This document shows, piece by piece, positions 22,429 through 34,706 of a stretch of DNA of 64,000 nucleotides; the first letter of the stretch is position 1; each line of letters opens with the position of its first letter. The stretch is from Podarcis filfolensis. Its lineage: Eukaryota. The stretch lies in NCBI GenBank assembly GCA_964270895.1, contig OZ185435.1; one strand, written 5' to 3'. Both the position numbers and the translations under genes were made by a program. Below the pieces are notes generated by a model. It did not search any database. It was not told the origin of the DNA and saw only the letters and a list, made by a program, of their open reading frames with translations.

Positions 22429-22937
22429 CTGGAGGGAAAAGATAAAAAAGTTCATGGTAACAAAAGAAAATTCTAATCAAAGCATGTTGTGTTGATTTAA
22501 AAGCAACAGCTTGTAAAGTCCTCAAAATGTGATGGCGAAGTCCTCTATGTTATTGAAGTGATCCAGGGCCAAGATATTCCTATGGTCTTCCATCCTTCTC
22601 TGAGCTAAACAAAACTTGGGGCTGTCCATAGTACTCAATAATAATCGCTCTAAAGTTCCTTGCATATGTGATAACAAAAGTCTCCTTAGGATCGCAAGTA
22701 AAACGTGACAGTGAGCTATACAGTGAGCTAGGATCAGTTGTTTAGGTTGTGTGGAGATACCCTGCTCTTGAGATTTTAAGCTTCATAATTAAAAGGTGCC
22801 TCTTTGAAAACCACACTAACGTTAACTATAAGCCCAAACGGTTCTAAATCCCTCTTTAAGGTATTCTGCAGGGCCACAATTGAGCAACATGATTATACTA
22901 TATTCAAATTCACGAGGTCTTAAATACAGATTCTTAC

Positions 22938-23077
22938 AGGTGAGGGTCTGAGTGTTTCTCCTTTCAGTTTCCATTCACCGGGGATATCGTCTTCAGAAAT
23001 CTCACAGTCAAAGTTGGCTGTTTCTTTTTCATAAATAGTAACATCTTCAATGGGCTTAAGCAGATCAACTTCACGTT
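22938..23077 (-). CDS. TTN: Titin Ig exon (first half, ~I87)
   Basis: EREVDLLKPIEDVTIYEKE...LRPSP; 140 nt. Confidence 0.95.
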
Positions 23078-23195
23078 CTGGCATTTAGAAATGAACAAAT
23101 TAATAACATATATGCAATCACAACAGTCTTGCGTGCTTTCATCTTTTTTCTTACTCCCCGGCAAATGTATTGCATCAAGATCAAAAGACACTTAC

Positions 23196-23471
23196 CACCC
23201 AGGGTCAGTTTAGCTGGGTATCTCTTCCCTTCAACTTCCACGGCATATTCTCCGAGATCTTCTGGCATGCAGTTCTTAATTTTGAGGAAGAGATGAGGTC
23301 CATCTTTTATAATTTCTGTTTTGTCATTGGGTTCAAGAGGAATCTCCTCATCTCCTTTGTACCATTTAATATTTGGTGTATCCTTCACAACATCACAAGC
23401 AAAGGTAGCAGTACCCTTTGGTTTCACATGCTGGTCTCTAATAGGCTTCACTAGCCAGTCTTTTATCACTT
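23196..23471 (-). CDS. TTN: Titin Ig exon (~I86)
   Basis: EVIKDWLVKPIRDQHV...KLTLG; 276 nt. Confidence 0.96.
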
Positions 23472-23795
23472 CTGTATAACAAATGACAAAAAAATAATAA
23501 CCATTAGAATTAGCATAATACATGTAGAGATGAGTGACAAGGGTCCTTTGTGCTATGAAAGAGAGAGAAAGGTTGCCCTTCTCTTCTTTCTAATTGTATT
23601 AAAGGGCTACCACATAGCCAAAGTGCCATGAAAACCTGGATAACACAGAATGAAATGCCTGGGCATTGCCACGTATGTTATTATTAAAAATATATAACAA
23701 AAGTGTTGAAGTGTATCTGCTTTGAATATATTTTTTAAATTAAAAAGTAGAATTTATTTTTATTTTAATTATTATTTTGCTTACTTGGAAACGCC

Positions 23796-23820
23796 TATAT
23801 ATATATATATATATATATAT
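23796..23820. repeat. (TA)n microsatellite
   Basis: Direct reading. Confidence 0.9.
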
Positions 23821-24387
23821 GCAGAAACCCAAACATATTTTTGATGGCCTCATTTTACTTCCTTCTTCTTCTTCTTCTTCTTTTTTTTTGATGGCCTCAT
23901 TTTGCTCAGAACTGCTGGAATTTGATATTATTGCTAAATATTCCTCCCCCCTGCCCTCAAATAAGATTACCCAAAGTGAGTCATGGATGACCACAGTTCT
24001 TCAGTCTTGTGAACTGAATTGGTATATTTGTTTGCACTTCTACAGAGGCAATTTTATAAACTTTGCACAGATTGATATATTTCCACCTGAAGCTGTTGGG
24101 AGTACAGCAATATGTGATATTGTGACTGAATCATTTTCTAACTGGCAATTAAATGATGAGTTCCAGTTCTAGTCAAACCAGCTCTTCACTAAAGACCTTC
24201 AGGTGATTTCAGTAGTAATTACACAATCAACTTAAGTGAAAACCAATCTTCTTAAACAGATCAGTGAAGATAGAGTAAGCATATAAGAGCAAAAATAATG
24301 CACCAGGCTTAATATTACTCAATAGAATTCCTTCATATCCTGATTTTATCCCAAGCACACACTACACAGTTTTGAAATTTAACTTAC

Positions 24388-24663
24388 CAACCACTTTCAC
24401 AGTTGACTGACAGATGAGGTCAGTATTATCCACAGTCACAGTGTATACACCTCCATCAGTGTCATCGGCATCCATGATTGTAATGGCGCGCTGCAAACCA
24501 ATAATACCCAGAGCAAATTTTCCAGATTTGTCTTTGATGATTTTCCCATCTTTTCTCCAGACCACATCTCTCTCTTTGTTCAGCTCACAACTTAGATAAA
24601 AGGGTTGCCCTTTGATGACAGTAAGCTCCTCCTCCAGAGTCTTCACGAAGCGCACTGGTAATT
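24388..24663 (-). CDS. TTN: Titin Ig exon (~I85)
   Basis: ELPVRFVKTLEEE...VKVV; 276 nt. Confidence 0.96.
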
Positions 24664-24754
24664 CTAGGGAACAGGAGAAATATTATTTGCATCTTTTCCC
24701 TGCTCCCACAAGCCAGTGGTTCCCAATTGGTTGTCCGCGGACTCCAAGGGGGTC

Positions 24755-24880
24755 ACAGAATCATAGAATTATAGCATTGGAAGGGACCACAAAGGTCTTC
24801 TAATCCAACTCTGTGCTATGCAAGGACTCAAACCCACAACCCTGAGATTAAGAGTCTCATGCTCTCATGCTCTGAGCAAT
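24755..24880 (-). mobile_element. tRNA(Lys)-derived SINE with CR1-like 3' tail
   Basis: Minus strand: AGAGCATGAGACTCTTAATCTCAGGGTTGTGGGTTTGAG (tRNA-Lys-like), then GGTCCCTTCCAA...ATTCTATGATTCT (CR1 terminus). Confidence 0.7.
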
Positions 24881-25559
24881 CTACACTTGGCGTAACCTGC
24901 ACAGGGGGTCCATGGCACCATTCACGTAACAAAAACTTACATAGAGAGGTTCCCTCCCACCCCAAAAAGCAGGGGGTTTGTGGCTTGGTTTTTGAAGTAC
25001 AGGAAGTCCACATGACTTAGCTAAATGGGAACCATTGCCATAAACTACAGTATAGAAATTTAAGCAGTCACATTAGAATGATGACTCTAACTTCAGAGAT
25101 CCACATGTGCTCATATAGACATGCTTGTCTCTTGGATCTGAGGTGGATCCTATTCATTATAGTGGTGTGACATGCATACAGAAAGCAATATTCTTCTCGG
25201 CCAGGAAATTCTGTGCACGCATCAGAGTACCTATGCCCAGAATAAATTGTCAAATTAGGGGCAAGTATATATAATTTAATTTATGAAGGAAGTCCCCGTG
25301 CCTTGCTATCACTAAAACTAAGGTTGTGTAATGAAGTAAACACACACTCCTTAGCTACTTCTGTTGTCTCCCCTGTGTTAAAATATTGATTGTAACACAC
25401 TTGGGACCAGGGACCTGTTCCATTGTGTTTTGCAAAATATTGTGCTATGGATGGCATTAATTACATCTAATTACATCTAATGCAAATAAACTGTAACTTT
25501 GGGGCATAAATAACATGTGCATAAGCAACTCAAGCCCAATTGGAGATGCCATAAAATAC

Positions 25560-25955
25560 CTTCAACAATAAGTTTTGCTGTAGAGGTCTTTTCTTTATTT
25601 CCCAGTTTCAGTACACAAGTGTATTCCCCAGCGTCTGAAAGCTGGACATCAATAATGTGGAGCTTTCTGTCTTTCCCATCAGAGAGGAACCTGTGCTTAG
25701 GACTCTCGCGGATGTTGCTGCCATCTTTCATCCAAGAGGTAATGGCAGTGGAGGGAGAGATGAGGCACTCAAAGATGGCGGAAGAGCCTACCGACTCTGC
25801 TTCTGTCAGCACTATGTCTTTAATTTCTGTAACAAACTTGAGAGGCACAGCTTTCAGCTGGTATGTGAAAGGAGGCTCATCTGGAGGTTTCTCGCCACCA
25901 CTTCCTGGTCTTAATTTCCTCCTCTCGGCATCTGCTGGCGAAGGTGTCTTTTTGG
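25560..25955 (-). CDS. TTN: Titin exon: end of PEVK plus first distal Ig (~I84)
   Basis: AKKTPSPADAERRKLRPGSGGEKPPDEPPFTYQLKAVPLKF...LIVE; 396 nt. Confidence 0.97.
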
Positions 25956-26567
25956 CTACAAGTAATATATTTAAAAGGCATATTTGTATGAATCTCACAG
26001 TTCAAGTCAGCAGAGGTGTGATGAAAGATGACAAGTCTTAGTCACAGCAGGAAAAGCATGCCGTTCTTTCTGTTCAAGTGGCAATTTGTTTACCCCTAGA
26101 ACATTTAAATCTATTCTATATACAAGCCAGTCAGTTCTGTTCTTTTGACATTCCAATCCCATTCTAGCATGACCAAGACACAAAATGCAAGGCATGGCTG
26201 TGGCATGTAGAAGCCCATCTTGGTCCTTTGTGGTTCCTGCAGACAAAGTATTGTTCTGTCCAAAGAGCAAAACCCTTCACACCTCCTTTCTTTAATTTGA
26301 TTGCAATATTCGTCCTCCCCCCCACCCCTCCACCCACCCCACTCCTGTCTATTTATTGAAGTCCAGGAATATTACATAAAAAACAGAAACAATTATTCTA
26401 GATTTTTATGTGATCCTGTTAATTTAGGCATGCTAAAGCCAATCTCTTGTTTAAAGTACCATTTGCACTTTGGGAAAATGGTTACATGAAAACATGGGGT
26501 GGCGTTCAGCTACCTTTTCCTCTGCATAGACCCAGTAAAATTAATGGACATGACTAAGTTAGGTCTA

Positions 26568-26793
26568 CAGTCAAACCTCGGTTCCCGAACGCCTCCGTTT
26601 GGAATGTTTCGGCTCCTGAACACTGAAAACCCGGAAGTAACTGTTCTGGTTTTTGAACGATTTTCGGAATCCGAACATGGTATGCAGCTTCCGTTCTGAG
26701 TTTCCTTATTGTATTTAGGCTTCCACTTTCAATTTTCAGTTGCCAAACGTTGAATGGTCTTCTGGATTACGTTCGACAACTGAGGTTTGACTG
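26568..26793. mobile_element. Tc1/mariner (Tigger-like) MITE
   Basis: TIR CAGTCAAACCTC, TA flanks. Confidence 0.88.
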
Positions 26794-27064
26794 TATTAAT
26801 TTCAATAGGTCTCTACTTTGAGTAAAATTTAGCTTACTACCACCTAGGTTCTCTGAAAGAAGAGACACTACTCATTGTACAAATGTTGACTACAAAGGGT
26901 GTGTGAGTGTCTTTGCCATTCATTTATCAAATGACTCACAGGTTTATTCTAGATAGTCAGTTATTTGGTAGTTCATAGCATAAATACTGGGACTGTTGAT
27001 CACAGTTACTATATATTTAAAGAGGCTGTGGGCGGGCAGTTTTCCATTTTATAATCTCTCTTAC

Positions 27065-27118
27065 CTTTAATAGGAAGTTTAGCCTTGCCAGCTTCCTCCT
27101 TTGGTGTAGTTTTAGGCT
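27065..27118 (-). CDS. TTN: Titin PEVK exon
   Basis: EPKTTPKEEAGKAKLPIK; 54 nt. Confidence 0.88.
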
Positions 27119-27167
27119 CTGACATAAAACAGCAACAGCAGTATTAGATAATGAAGTCCAGTTTAAA

Positions 27168-27171
<4 letters not shown>

Positions 27172-27204
<33 letters not shown>
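27172..27204. repeat. (TATC)n microsatellite
   Basis: Direct reading. Confidence 0.95.
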
Positions 27205-27463
27205 GCTATTATTTCCTCAAAGTGTTGCTTCTTCTTGCATTCATTTTACTTCTGAGAAGTTGTGCACATTCAAATGAATGAATGAATGAATGGTTTAATT
27301 CAGCCTCATTTCCCCCTCTCTTAGTAATGGTCATGTCATCCTCTTGGACCCTCAAGCCCTCCCGCTAAGTGTACCCATTTCCCCATCTGCTATCATTGAG
27401 TCCTGGGTAAAAGGTGTGTGGCAGAGACTGTATTGGGGTTATACATGTGCATGTTATTTAGGA

Positions 27464-27584
27464 CAGTGTCCATTCAAGGTTTGGGCCCAAAATGTTGTTG
27501 CACTACAACTCCCTTCACCATTGATTAAGGAAGCTGGGAGTTGTAGTCCAACCACATCTGAAGACTCGACGTTGAAGAACACTG
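27464..27584. mobile_element. Degenerate palindromic MITE
   Basis: cagtgt...actacaactccc / gggagttgtagtcc...acactg inverted arms; no TSD. Confidence 0.55.
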
Positions 27585-27800
27585 ATAGCACAACAAGATG
27601 TGATCCCTAAAGGTTCTTTAGTGAGTTGTGTATTGTAAATATATTTGTTAGTAAGAACATTTAAACTCTCTCGTGATTGTTGTGCTCATGATTACTCATA
27701 CAAAAGTTCATAGAATTGTGACGCAATCCTGCTCTTGAATATATTACAGAATAGTAATACAGTCCCGCTCTTGAATATATTACTGAAGTAATAGTCATAC

Positions 27801-27881
27801 CTGCTTTCTTTCCAACCACTGGTGTTGTTAAAGGAGCTGCTTCAGGTTTGGGTTCTGCGGGAGGCTTAGGAGATTTTAGGG
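27801..27881 (-). CDS. TTN: Titin PEVK exon
   Basis: ALKSPKPPAEPKPEAAPLTTPVVGKKA; 81 nt. Confidence 0.92.
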
Positions 27882-28466
27882 CTGTAGAAAAAGTTAATAT
27901 ATATTTACCGAGGTTGCAATCCTCAACACACATACTAGGAAAGCCACACTGAGTTAAGTGGACCTACTTCTGCACAACAATGATTAACATTATACAATAC
28001 ACATTTTTTAAAATCCTTTTAGTCTGCAATCCTACACATATTTACCTGGGAGTAAGTCCCATTGAAGGCAATGGGGCTTACTTCTGAATAGACATACATA
28101 GGCTTGCACTGCTAGTACTTCTTAGAATCATGAAATAGCTTTTCACTAGCCTTAGTTTGTCACAGAAACAGACAGTGGTATTAGCTGGGATGAATCTTTA
28201 ACAAGCAAACTTGTTGGAATGAATCTTTAACAAGCAAAACATAAGCAGAACACCACAGAATTCTCAGATGTGATTGCATAATTTACAAATGCTAAAATGT
28301 AAGACCACAGTCTGATAAAACAAGGAGTTGCACCAGCACATAAGGGCACAGGGTGGGATTCAAAAAAGCTCATGTTATATTGGTGCTCCATTGATTTTAT
28401 GCTAACACCAGAGTTAACTAGATTGGAGGAAAATGGTCTATAATCAGTGGTTTCAAAATGTCCTAC

Positions 28467-28514
28467 CTGTAGCAGGCTTTGGTTCAGGAATTGTGGCTGG
28501 TTTAGGCTCTGGAA
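28467..28514 (-). CDS. TTN: Titin PEVK exon
   Basis: VPEPKPATIPEPKPAT; 48 nt. Confidence 0.88.
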
Positions 28515-28892
28515 CTTTGAACAAAAAAAATAACAAGTAGGTCAATCAGGTTTTTTTTTTTTAACAGAACATTGCAAAACCAACAAAATGCATAAAAATA
28601 GTTGGAGAGACAAACAGCACAGTTAACAGAAGCCTTAAAGATATTCATATACTACTTCAGGGGAACAGAACTGGCTTGAACCATATAAAGACAAGTAAGA
28701 GGACATTTAATGAAGAAGAAGAAGAAATGACAAGGTACTGCATGAAGAATTAGGGAGCAGCTGGAAGAGCACGAAGATGGGAGCATTTATAGCTGGCTTG
28801 TTTTAAAGATTAGTGCAGCTCACAGACCAATATTCAAGATCAAAAGCGGTTTTAGTTGTATAAGCAATTATAAGAGCACTGCATGTTTGTAC

Positions 28893-28979
28893 CTTTTGCT
28901 GGTTCAGGCACAGGTTTTTCTTTTTCTTCCCTTTTCTTGAAAGCTGGGATCTCAGTTTTCTTCTTTTCAACCTCCGGCA
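28893..28979 (-). CDS. TTN: Titin PEVK exon
   Basis: VPEVEKKKTEIPAFKKREEKEKPVPEPAK; 87 nt. Confidence 0.92.
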
Positions 28980-29474
28980 CTTTAAAAAAATATTTGTTTT
29001 ATGCGGAAGCTGAATTCATATATTTTGACTTCCCTGATGCATTAATCGAGTTTATCCTGAGCCATGTAGCTGGTGTGATTTATTTAAAACAAATAAGAAA
29101 TAAGTTCAAAGCCTGTCAAACCACTGTATGTGGTGAAGATGAACAGCTGGGACACAATAGCAATAATGAGGAAGACAGATCAAAACAATCAATTATAGAA
29201 TATGTCAGATGTAGCTTTCTACAAGAGTTCTTACAAAGTGAAGACTGAAAAGACAGAGTGTGTTGAGGGATGGGAGAGGGAAAGTTCTTACATTACAGAT
29301 TGTGTCCCCAAATTTCTGAATATTCCAAATGGTTGGGATTTTTCTTTCCATGCTGAAGAACTATTCAAAATTCAGATGGTTTACTGTTTCAGATTCAGAA
29401 AGTATTTGTGAATATGGGGATCTAAGAAGGGTCTCCTATTGCTTAACCTCATGGCAATCTGATTTTCGCTGTAC

Positions 29475-29570
29475 CTTCAGGCTTCTTAATCTTTTCAAGA
29501 GGCTTGGGTGGAGCTTTTGGTTCCTTCTCTGGCTTAGGTTCTTCCTCTGGTTTCTTAACTGCTCTTGTGA
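29475..29570 (-). CDS. TTN: Titin PEVK exon
   Basis: VTRAVKKPEEEPKPEKEPKAPPKPLEKIKKPE; 96 nt. Confidence 0.92.
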
Positions 29571-30154
29571 CTTTAAAAGAAAAACAATTTTCTTTCAAGA
29601 ACAGTGTGATGAAGTGATGAAGAACTTTATTAATAAATGACATAGGCCAACAAATAGGCTTGGTTTTACATCTGGAGAATAGACCTCTTATTTCTCAAGG
29701 CTGATAAACTGATCACCATTTAAAATCTGCATGGTGTGATAATCTACAACCAAGTCTCCATTAAGAAGTCCTTTTTAGAATTGCAGGTGAAATCAAAGCA
29801 CCAATTACTGTATATTCAAAAGCAAAAGCAACAACATCTTTCTTTATGTTGCAAATAAAGTAGACACCTTTGAAATTCCAACTGTCTGGGAGCTTCCAGC
29901 ATCAGCTATGGTTGCTAGTAGAGCTTTCTGCCCAGAATTGGCATGTCTAGAACTAGCATTTTCTTTGAACAAGCAAAGGAGTTAACCTGCTTAAGGAAAT
30001 TGTTTATGGGCTTCTCGAGATCCTATAGTTGGATGCAGGAAGAAGCTGAAGTGTCTTAGCTATTGCAGTCAGACCTCACAATGTGGCGTTAGGACTGGAA
30101 TATCACAGCAGTGGGGTCCTCTGGTTTTTGAAAAAAGCAACACGGCTAAATTAC

Positions 30155-30232
30155 CTTTTTTCAAAACAACTTCTTCTTTAGGTGGTGGAGCGGGAGGCTC
30201 AGGTGTGGGTCTCCGTGGCTTCAGCCCAGGTG
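30155..30232 (-). CDS. TTN: Titin PEVK exon (likely orthologue of human exon 219)
   Basis: APGLKPRRPTPEPPAPPPKEEVVLKK; 78 nt. Confidence 0.9.
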
Positions 30233-30532
30233 CTTAAAATGATATTAATTTCAGAATAAGCGCACATGTAATCATCGCCATTGGGTGCTTGATGTACAAT
30301 AAGCATTTAGAACTGAAAAACCTATTATAAGAGAGCTATACCTTTCAGTTCCATTTGAATAATCACAAAACATGAAGAAATTAGCTACTTTACTTTACTT
30401 TTCTCTTTGTTAAGGTTGGTCCTCTCTTCCAAAGATACTTTATTTCAGAAGGAATTCTTTAAAAAACTAAAACAACCACCACCACGATTTTTGTTGCTAA
30501 ACTTTAATTTTTGACTTTAACTTTAGTATATA

Positions 30533-30779
30533 CAGTGGTACCTCAGTTTTTGATCATAATCCGTTCCAGAAGACTGTTCGACTTCTGAAACATTCGGAAA
30601 CTGAAACAGAAAGGGCAGCCTGAAAAATCAATGGAGAAACTTGAGGGGGGGCGGGACTCAGTGGAATCCATTTGACTTCTGAGGCACATTCAAAAATGGA
30701 AGCATTTATTTCAAGGTTTTCGGCGGTTGAAAACCGAAATGTTTGGCTTCTGAGAAGATCGAAAACTGAGGTGCCGCTG
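30533..30779. mobile_element. Tc1/mariner (Tigger-like) MITE
   Basis: TIR CAG(T/C)GG(T/C)ACCTCAGTTTT, TA flanks. Confidence 0.85.
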
Positions 30780-31027
30780 TATAATATTGTTAGTCATGAT
30801 AACAAGGCCATGATGAAGAAGCCACAGAATACTCCATCCGAAATGAAAGTATGCTTCAGTAAAAAGAAAATAGATAAAAAAGTGAATCGAGTTGAACACA
30901 AAACAACCACAGGAAGTCACACATGGAAACGGAATGAAAAATATACTACTTTGTGAAATATACTAAAAACTACAATCTAGTGCTCTTTAAGACGAGAACA
31001 AGACACAAGGGTCTGTGGGCAACTTAC

Positions 31028-31078
31028 CACATAGTGGCTGCTTGGGCTGGGGAAGGGCCTTCTTAGGATACATGCAGC
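31028..31078 (-). CDS. TTN: Candidate 51-nt PEVK-region exon
   Basis: ttcag|GCTGC...TGTG|gtaagt; phase 1-1; GCMYPKKALPQPKQPLC. Confidence 0.5.
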
Positions 31079-32563
31079 CTGAAGACTTTACATTGCTTAC
31101 TTTGGTTCTAGCATATCTGATCATACAAAAATTTGCTTTCACTGGATCTATATATACTTAGCAGAGAGGACATCCACTTCTGTTGAAATTTTAATAGATT
31201 GTGTAGCCACAACGTTCCTTCTTGACTTATTATAAAGACCCTATAATCAAGTTTTTCCCTGTGAATTTTGTGTGAAACTATTATTATAAAAGTGTGTGTG
31301 GTGGTGAGGTGGAATCTTGTTTTGGGAAGAGGATCTATTTCCCTCTGTCTTGAGATGGTGGGAAAAGAACAGATTTTTCAAAAGTAAATGCAATTCTTGT
31401 AGGACCAAATATTACTTAGGTGATAAACTTTGAAATATTAAATTATGTTTGATCTTTTCATGATGCTGTATAAGATCAGAATATTGCAAAATGTGAGATG
31501 TGGAGTAATATTTTTTATGGAACCTTTAAAAAAGCTACATATAGTTGTTTATTTTGATAATCCACTACTGATTTTCATTAGGAAGTAATAAATCTTCCTC
31601 CCTGTCTATAATGCTTTGAGTTCCATTTTCTCTATCCTTAATTCTGAATGCTAGCTATATTACATCCATGCTTGACACATGCACTTTCAAATAACTAAAT
31701 ACAATCCAAAGAACTATAAAACAAGTTTCACACACTCAGTGGGACTCTGGACTTGTGAATCTCAGACAGCAAACAAACATGCCACACATTGACTGGTGTT
31801 TGAAACCCAGGAGAGTTTCAAAAGCAGTTTGTGAGGTGACATCGTCGTCATCATTTGTTAAATTTATATCCTTTCCTTCCTCCTGAAGGAGTCCAGGGCA
31901 GCAAACACACAAAAGACAAAACAATTAATTCATCTAAAAACACCCAGTACCATTCCAATACAGATGCAGACTGGGAAAGATCTCTATTTAAAAGGCTTGT
32001 TGAAAGAGGAAGATCTTCAGTAGGTACCAAAAAGGCAACAGAGACATCACTTGTCTAATGTTTAATAGGACAGAATTCCAGTGGGTAGGTGCCAAGACAC
32101 TTAAGGCCTGATTCTTACATTATGTGGAACAAAGCTCTTGGTAAGATGGTAACTGAAGGAGGCTCTCTATCTGCAAAGCACAGTGATTGATTGAATGTAA
32201 AGGGAGGTTTTCTACACCATGCATAAGGCCTTAGAGCACAGGTAAAATTAACTGTCTGGATTGCAAACCCTAATTACAAATTTAGAAACGATATAAAAAT
32301 GAAAATCATCAGTGAGTAGGGACATTAGACCGAAAACCATTCAGACAACATTCAGTTAGACTTACATTAATATATTAACAGCGCAATCCTATACACACCT
32401 ACTCAAAAGTAAGTTTAATCAGGCTCACTCCCAGGTAAGTGGGAATAGGATGGCAGCCTAAAGACCACACTTTCAAAGAACATTATTATGTGTCAATAGG
32501 CATTAGTTATAAAACTGGGGCTTAGTAAAAGTTGTTAAATACTGTTGGGGTCGCTGCTGATAC

Positions 32564-32659
32564 CTTTAAGCTGAACCTTTTCCTCTTTAACCTCCTCTTT
32601 TGGTGGGAAAGGTACACGGGGTTTGGGTTTTTCAGGTATCTTCTTCTCCGGTTCTGGTT
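32564..32659 (-). CDS. TTN: Titin PEVK exon
   Basis: EPEPEKKIPEKPKPRVPFPPKEEVKEEKVQLK; 96 nt. Confidence 0.92.
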
Positions 32660-33113
32660 CTTTAAATGATATTGCGGTAGATTCAGTGCAAATGTAATTA
32701 TACTATATAAACCTCAGATGAAAACCATCTAATGTATCAAAGGAAATAAACTGCTTTTATAGACTCCATTCGTAAAACTCCCAGTAACGCAAGTGCAAAA
32801 ATAAACAACTCAGCTCAAAATATCTGATGGCCCATGGGTTCAAGAAAGTTTTTGAAAAAGTCATTAGTAAACTTCCAAGTCAATTAAGAGGGAAAGGTGT
32901 TTACATGGTCAAAGATAATGGGAATCACCAACACAGTTACAGAAAGCAATACAACGTAGGAAATACACGCATACAAACACACACACACAAAAATAACAAA
33001 ACAAAACATACTGGAGTGTACACATCACGGAACAAACACACCTAATTCTTACTCAGCAAGATGGAGATGGTACAAAAGAAAGTGGTATATTTCATTCACA
33101 CTTTAGTATATAC

Positions 33114-33197
33114 CTTCATCTGGAATTATCTCCTCTGTTTCTGGAATAGGAGCAGGTACTGGTTCTTCCGGTTCAATTTCCTCTGTAACTTCTGGCT
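33114..33197 (-). CDS. TTN: Titin PEVK exon (E-rich)
   Basis: EPEVTEEIEPEEPVPAPIPETEEIIPDE; 84 nt. Confidence 0.92.
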
Positions 33198-33695
33198 CTT
33201 TAAAGAATATCGACAATGAAGATAAGATTGCCATTTAAAAGATCAAATGGCAAGAAGAATTGGAGACATGTTGCACAAAATAGCGGGGACATTATTACAA
33301 CATACACATTCACAGACAAACACACCAGTGTCACAGTGTATTTTTTTACATAAATGGATGGAAGGCCCTTAAATGGATGCTTTCGTAAACAGAAATTGCA
33401 TCAGGCCTCTAGGAACCCTCTGCAGCCCTCTGCACAAAGGCCTATATATTCTGCATTTGATGGGGCTTTTGAAAAGTGTATGTCCAGATTATATTCACAC
33501 ATATTTTAAAGAAGGATTGTTGCCATCAGATTCCCAGATTTTATATATATATATACATGTGTTTTTCCCCTTCAAAGAAGTTGGGGCAGCTTTGATGGCC
33601 TGATAAGGTCCAATTTTGTACAAAGCAACTATTTGATGCAGCTGCGTTTCATTCAAATGTTCACAATTCAAATCCCTCAACATAAAGGCAATAGC

Positions 33696-33835
33696 NNNNN
33701 NNNNNNNNNNNNNNNNNNNNNNNNNNNNNNNNNNNNNNNNNNNNNNNNNNNNNNNNNNNNNNNNNNNNNNNNNNNNNNNNNNNNNNNNNNNNNNNNNNNN
33801 NNNNNNNNNNNNNNNNNNNNNNNNNNNNNNNNNNN
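33696..33835. other. Assembly gap (140 N)
   Basis: Run of N. Confidence 0.99.
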
Positions 33836-34290
33836 CCCAGGTAGACTTGCTGCTGCTGGACAAAAAAGGAAAGAAAAAGCCCAGCTTCTGATTTCTCCCT
33901 AAGGCCCCTATAAATGAGGCCAGTACTATAATTGCAACCAAAAGGGGTGCAACACCACACAGCAGAAAGATGACAAAAAGGCCAAAGCCAGTTTGTGCAA
34001 AAGGAGATAATTGAAGTATTAGCTTCAGTCTTTTATAGCAAATCAAGATTCTAAGAGTGGGTTTTCCACGGTTAGAATTGCTCGCAGCCATTGAAGACTG
34101 TGTGGCCTGAAATCTGTAATAAGGTAGAAAGGCAGACTTTAAACAGAAGGACATCATAAAGAACAGACAGTCCTCTACCACCACCACCCCGCCTTACATA
34201 TACAAACAGGACCACATAAAACGTAAGACCAAACAAAGCGGACATAGCAGTCTGGATAAGAATGACGTCGTGATTAATAGGGAGAGCTAC

Positions 34291-34374
34291 CTTCTGCAGG
34301 CAGAGGTTCCGGCTTTTTATGAACAGCAAGAGGAGCCTCTTCTTCTGGTACAGCTTTCTTAGGGACTTCAGGGA
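34291..34374 (-). CDS. TTN: Titin PEVK exon
   Basis: VPEVPKKAVPEEEAPLAVHKKPEPLPAE; 84 nt. Confidence 0.93.
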
Positions 34375-34622
34375 CTTCAAGAAATTTTAATTAGTTTTAC
34401 TTTCATGTAGGTAAAACAAACAAGGCATTAAAAGCAAAAGCGGAGCCGCTAACGGTATTGAAGTTACCTATTGTGTTTGGACACAAACACTCCCTCACCC
34501 CCATCCCCTCCCAAGTTAGGCTCAGCCTGTCATTTATACACATTAGTACGATTTACAAATCCAACAGCTGAACCAAACGCAGCAAGCAAGATAATGATTT
34601 TCTCTGTGAATGATAAAAGTAC

Positions 34623-34706
34623 CTTTTGCGGGAGGAGCTTCTGGTTTTTTAAGTGCAGCAGCTGGTTTTTTCTTTTCGGGAACAACTTTCTTGGGCTCTT
34701 CAGGCA
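34623..34706 (-). CDS. TTN: Titin PEVK exon
   Basis: VPEEPKKVVPEKKKPAAALKKPEAPPAK; 84 nt. Confidence 0.93.

Noticed and set aside
27731-27784. Direct repeat GCTCTTGAATATATTAC just inside the intron after exon 27801
   Set aside because: A small local tandem duplication with no evident function.
28653-28674. Possible micro-exon (aag|CCAGTTCTGTTCCCCTGAAGTA|gtatat)
   Set aside because: 22 nt, which breaks the phase 1-1 frame.
31736-31924. Minus-strand ORF with an acidic stretch (EEGKDINLTNDDDD)
   Set aside because: No phase-compatible acceptor/donor pair and no titin-like sequence.
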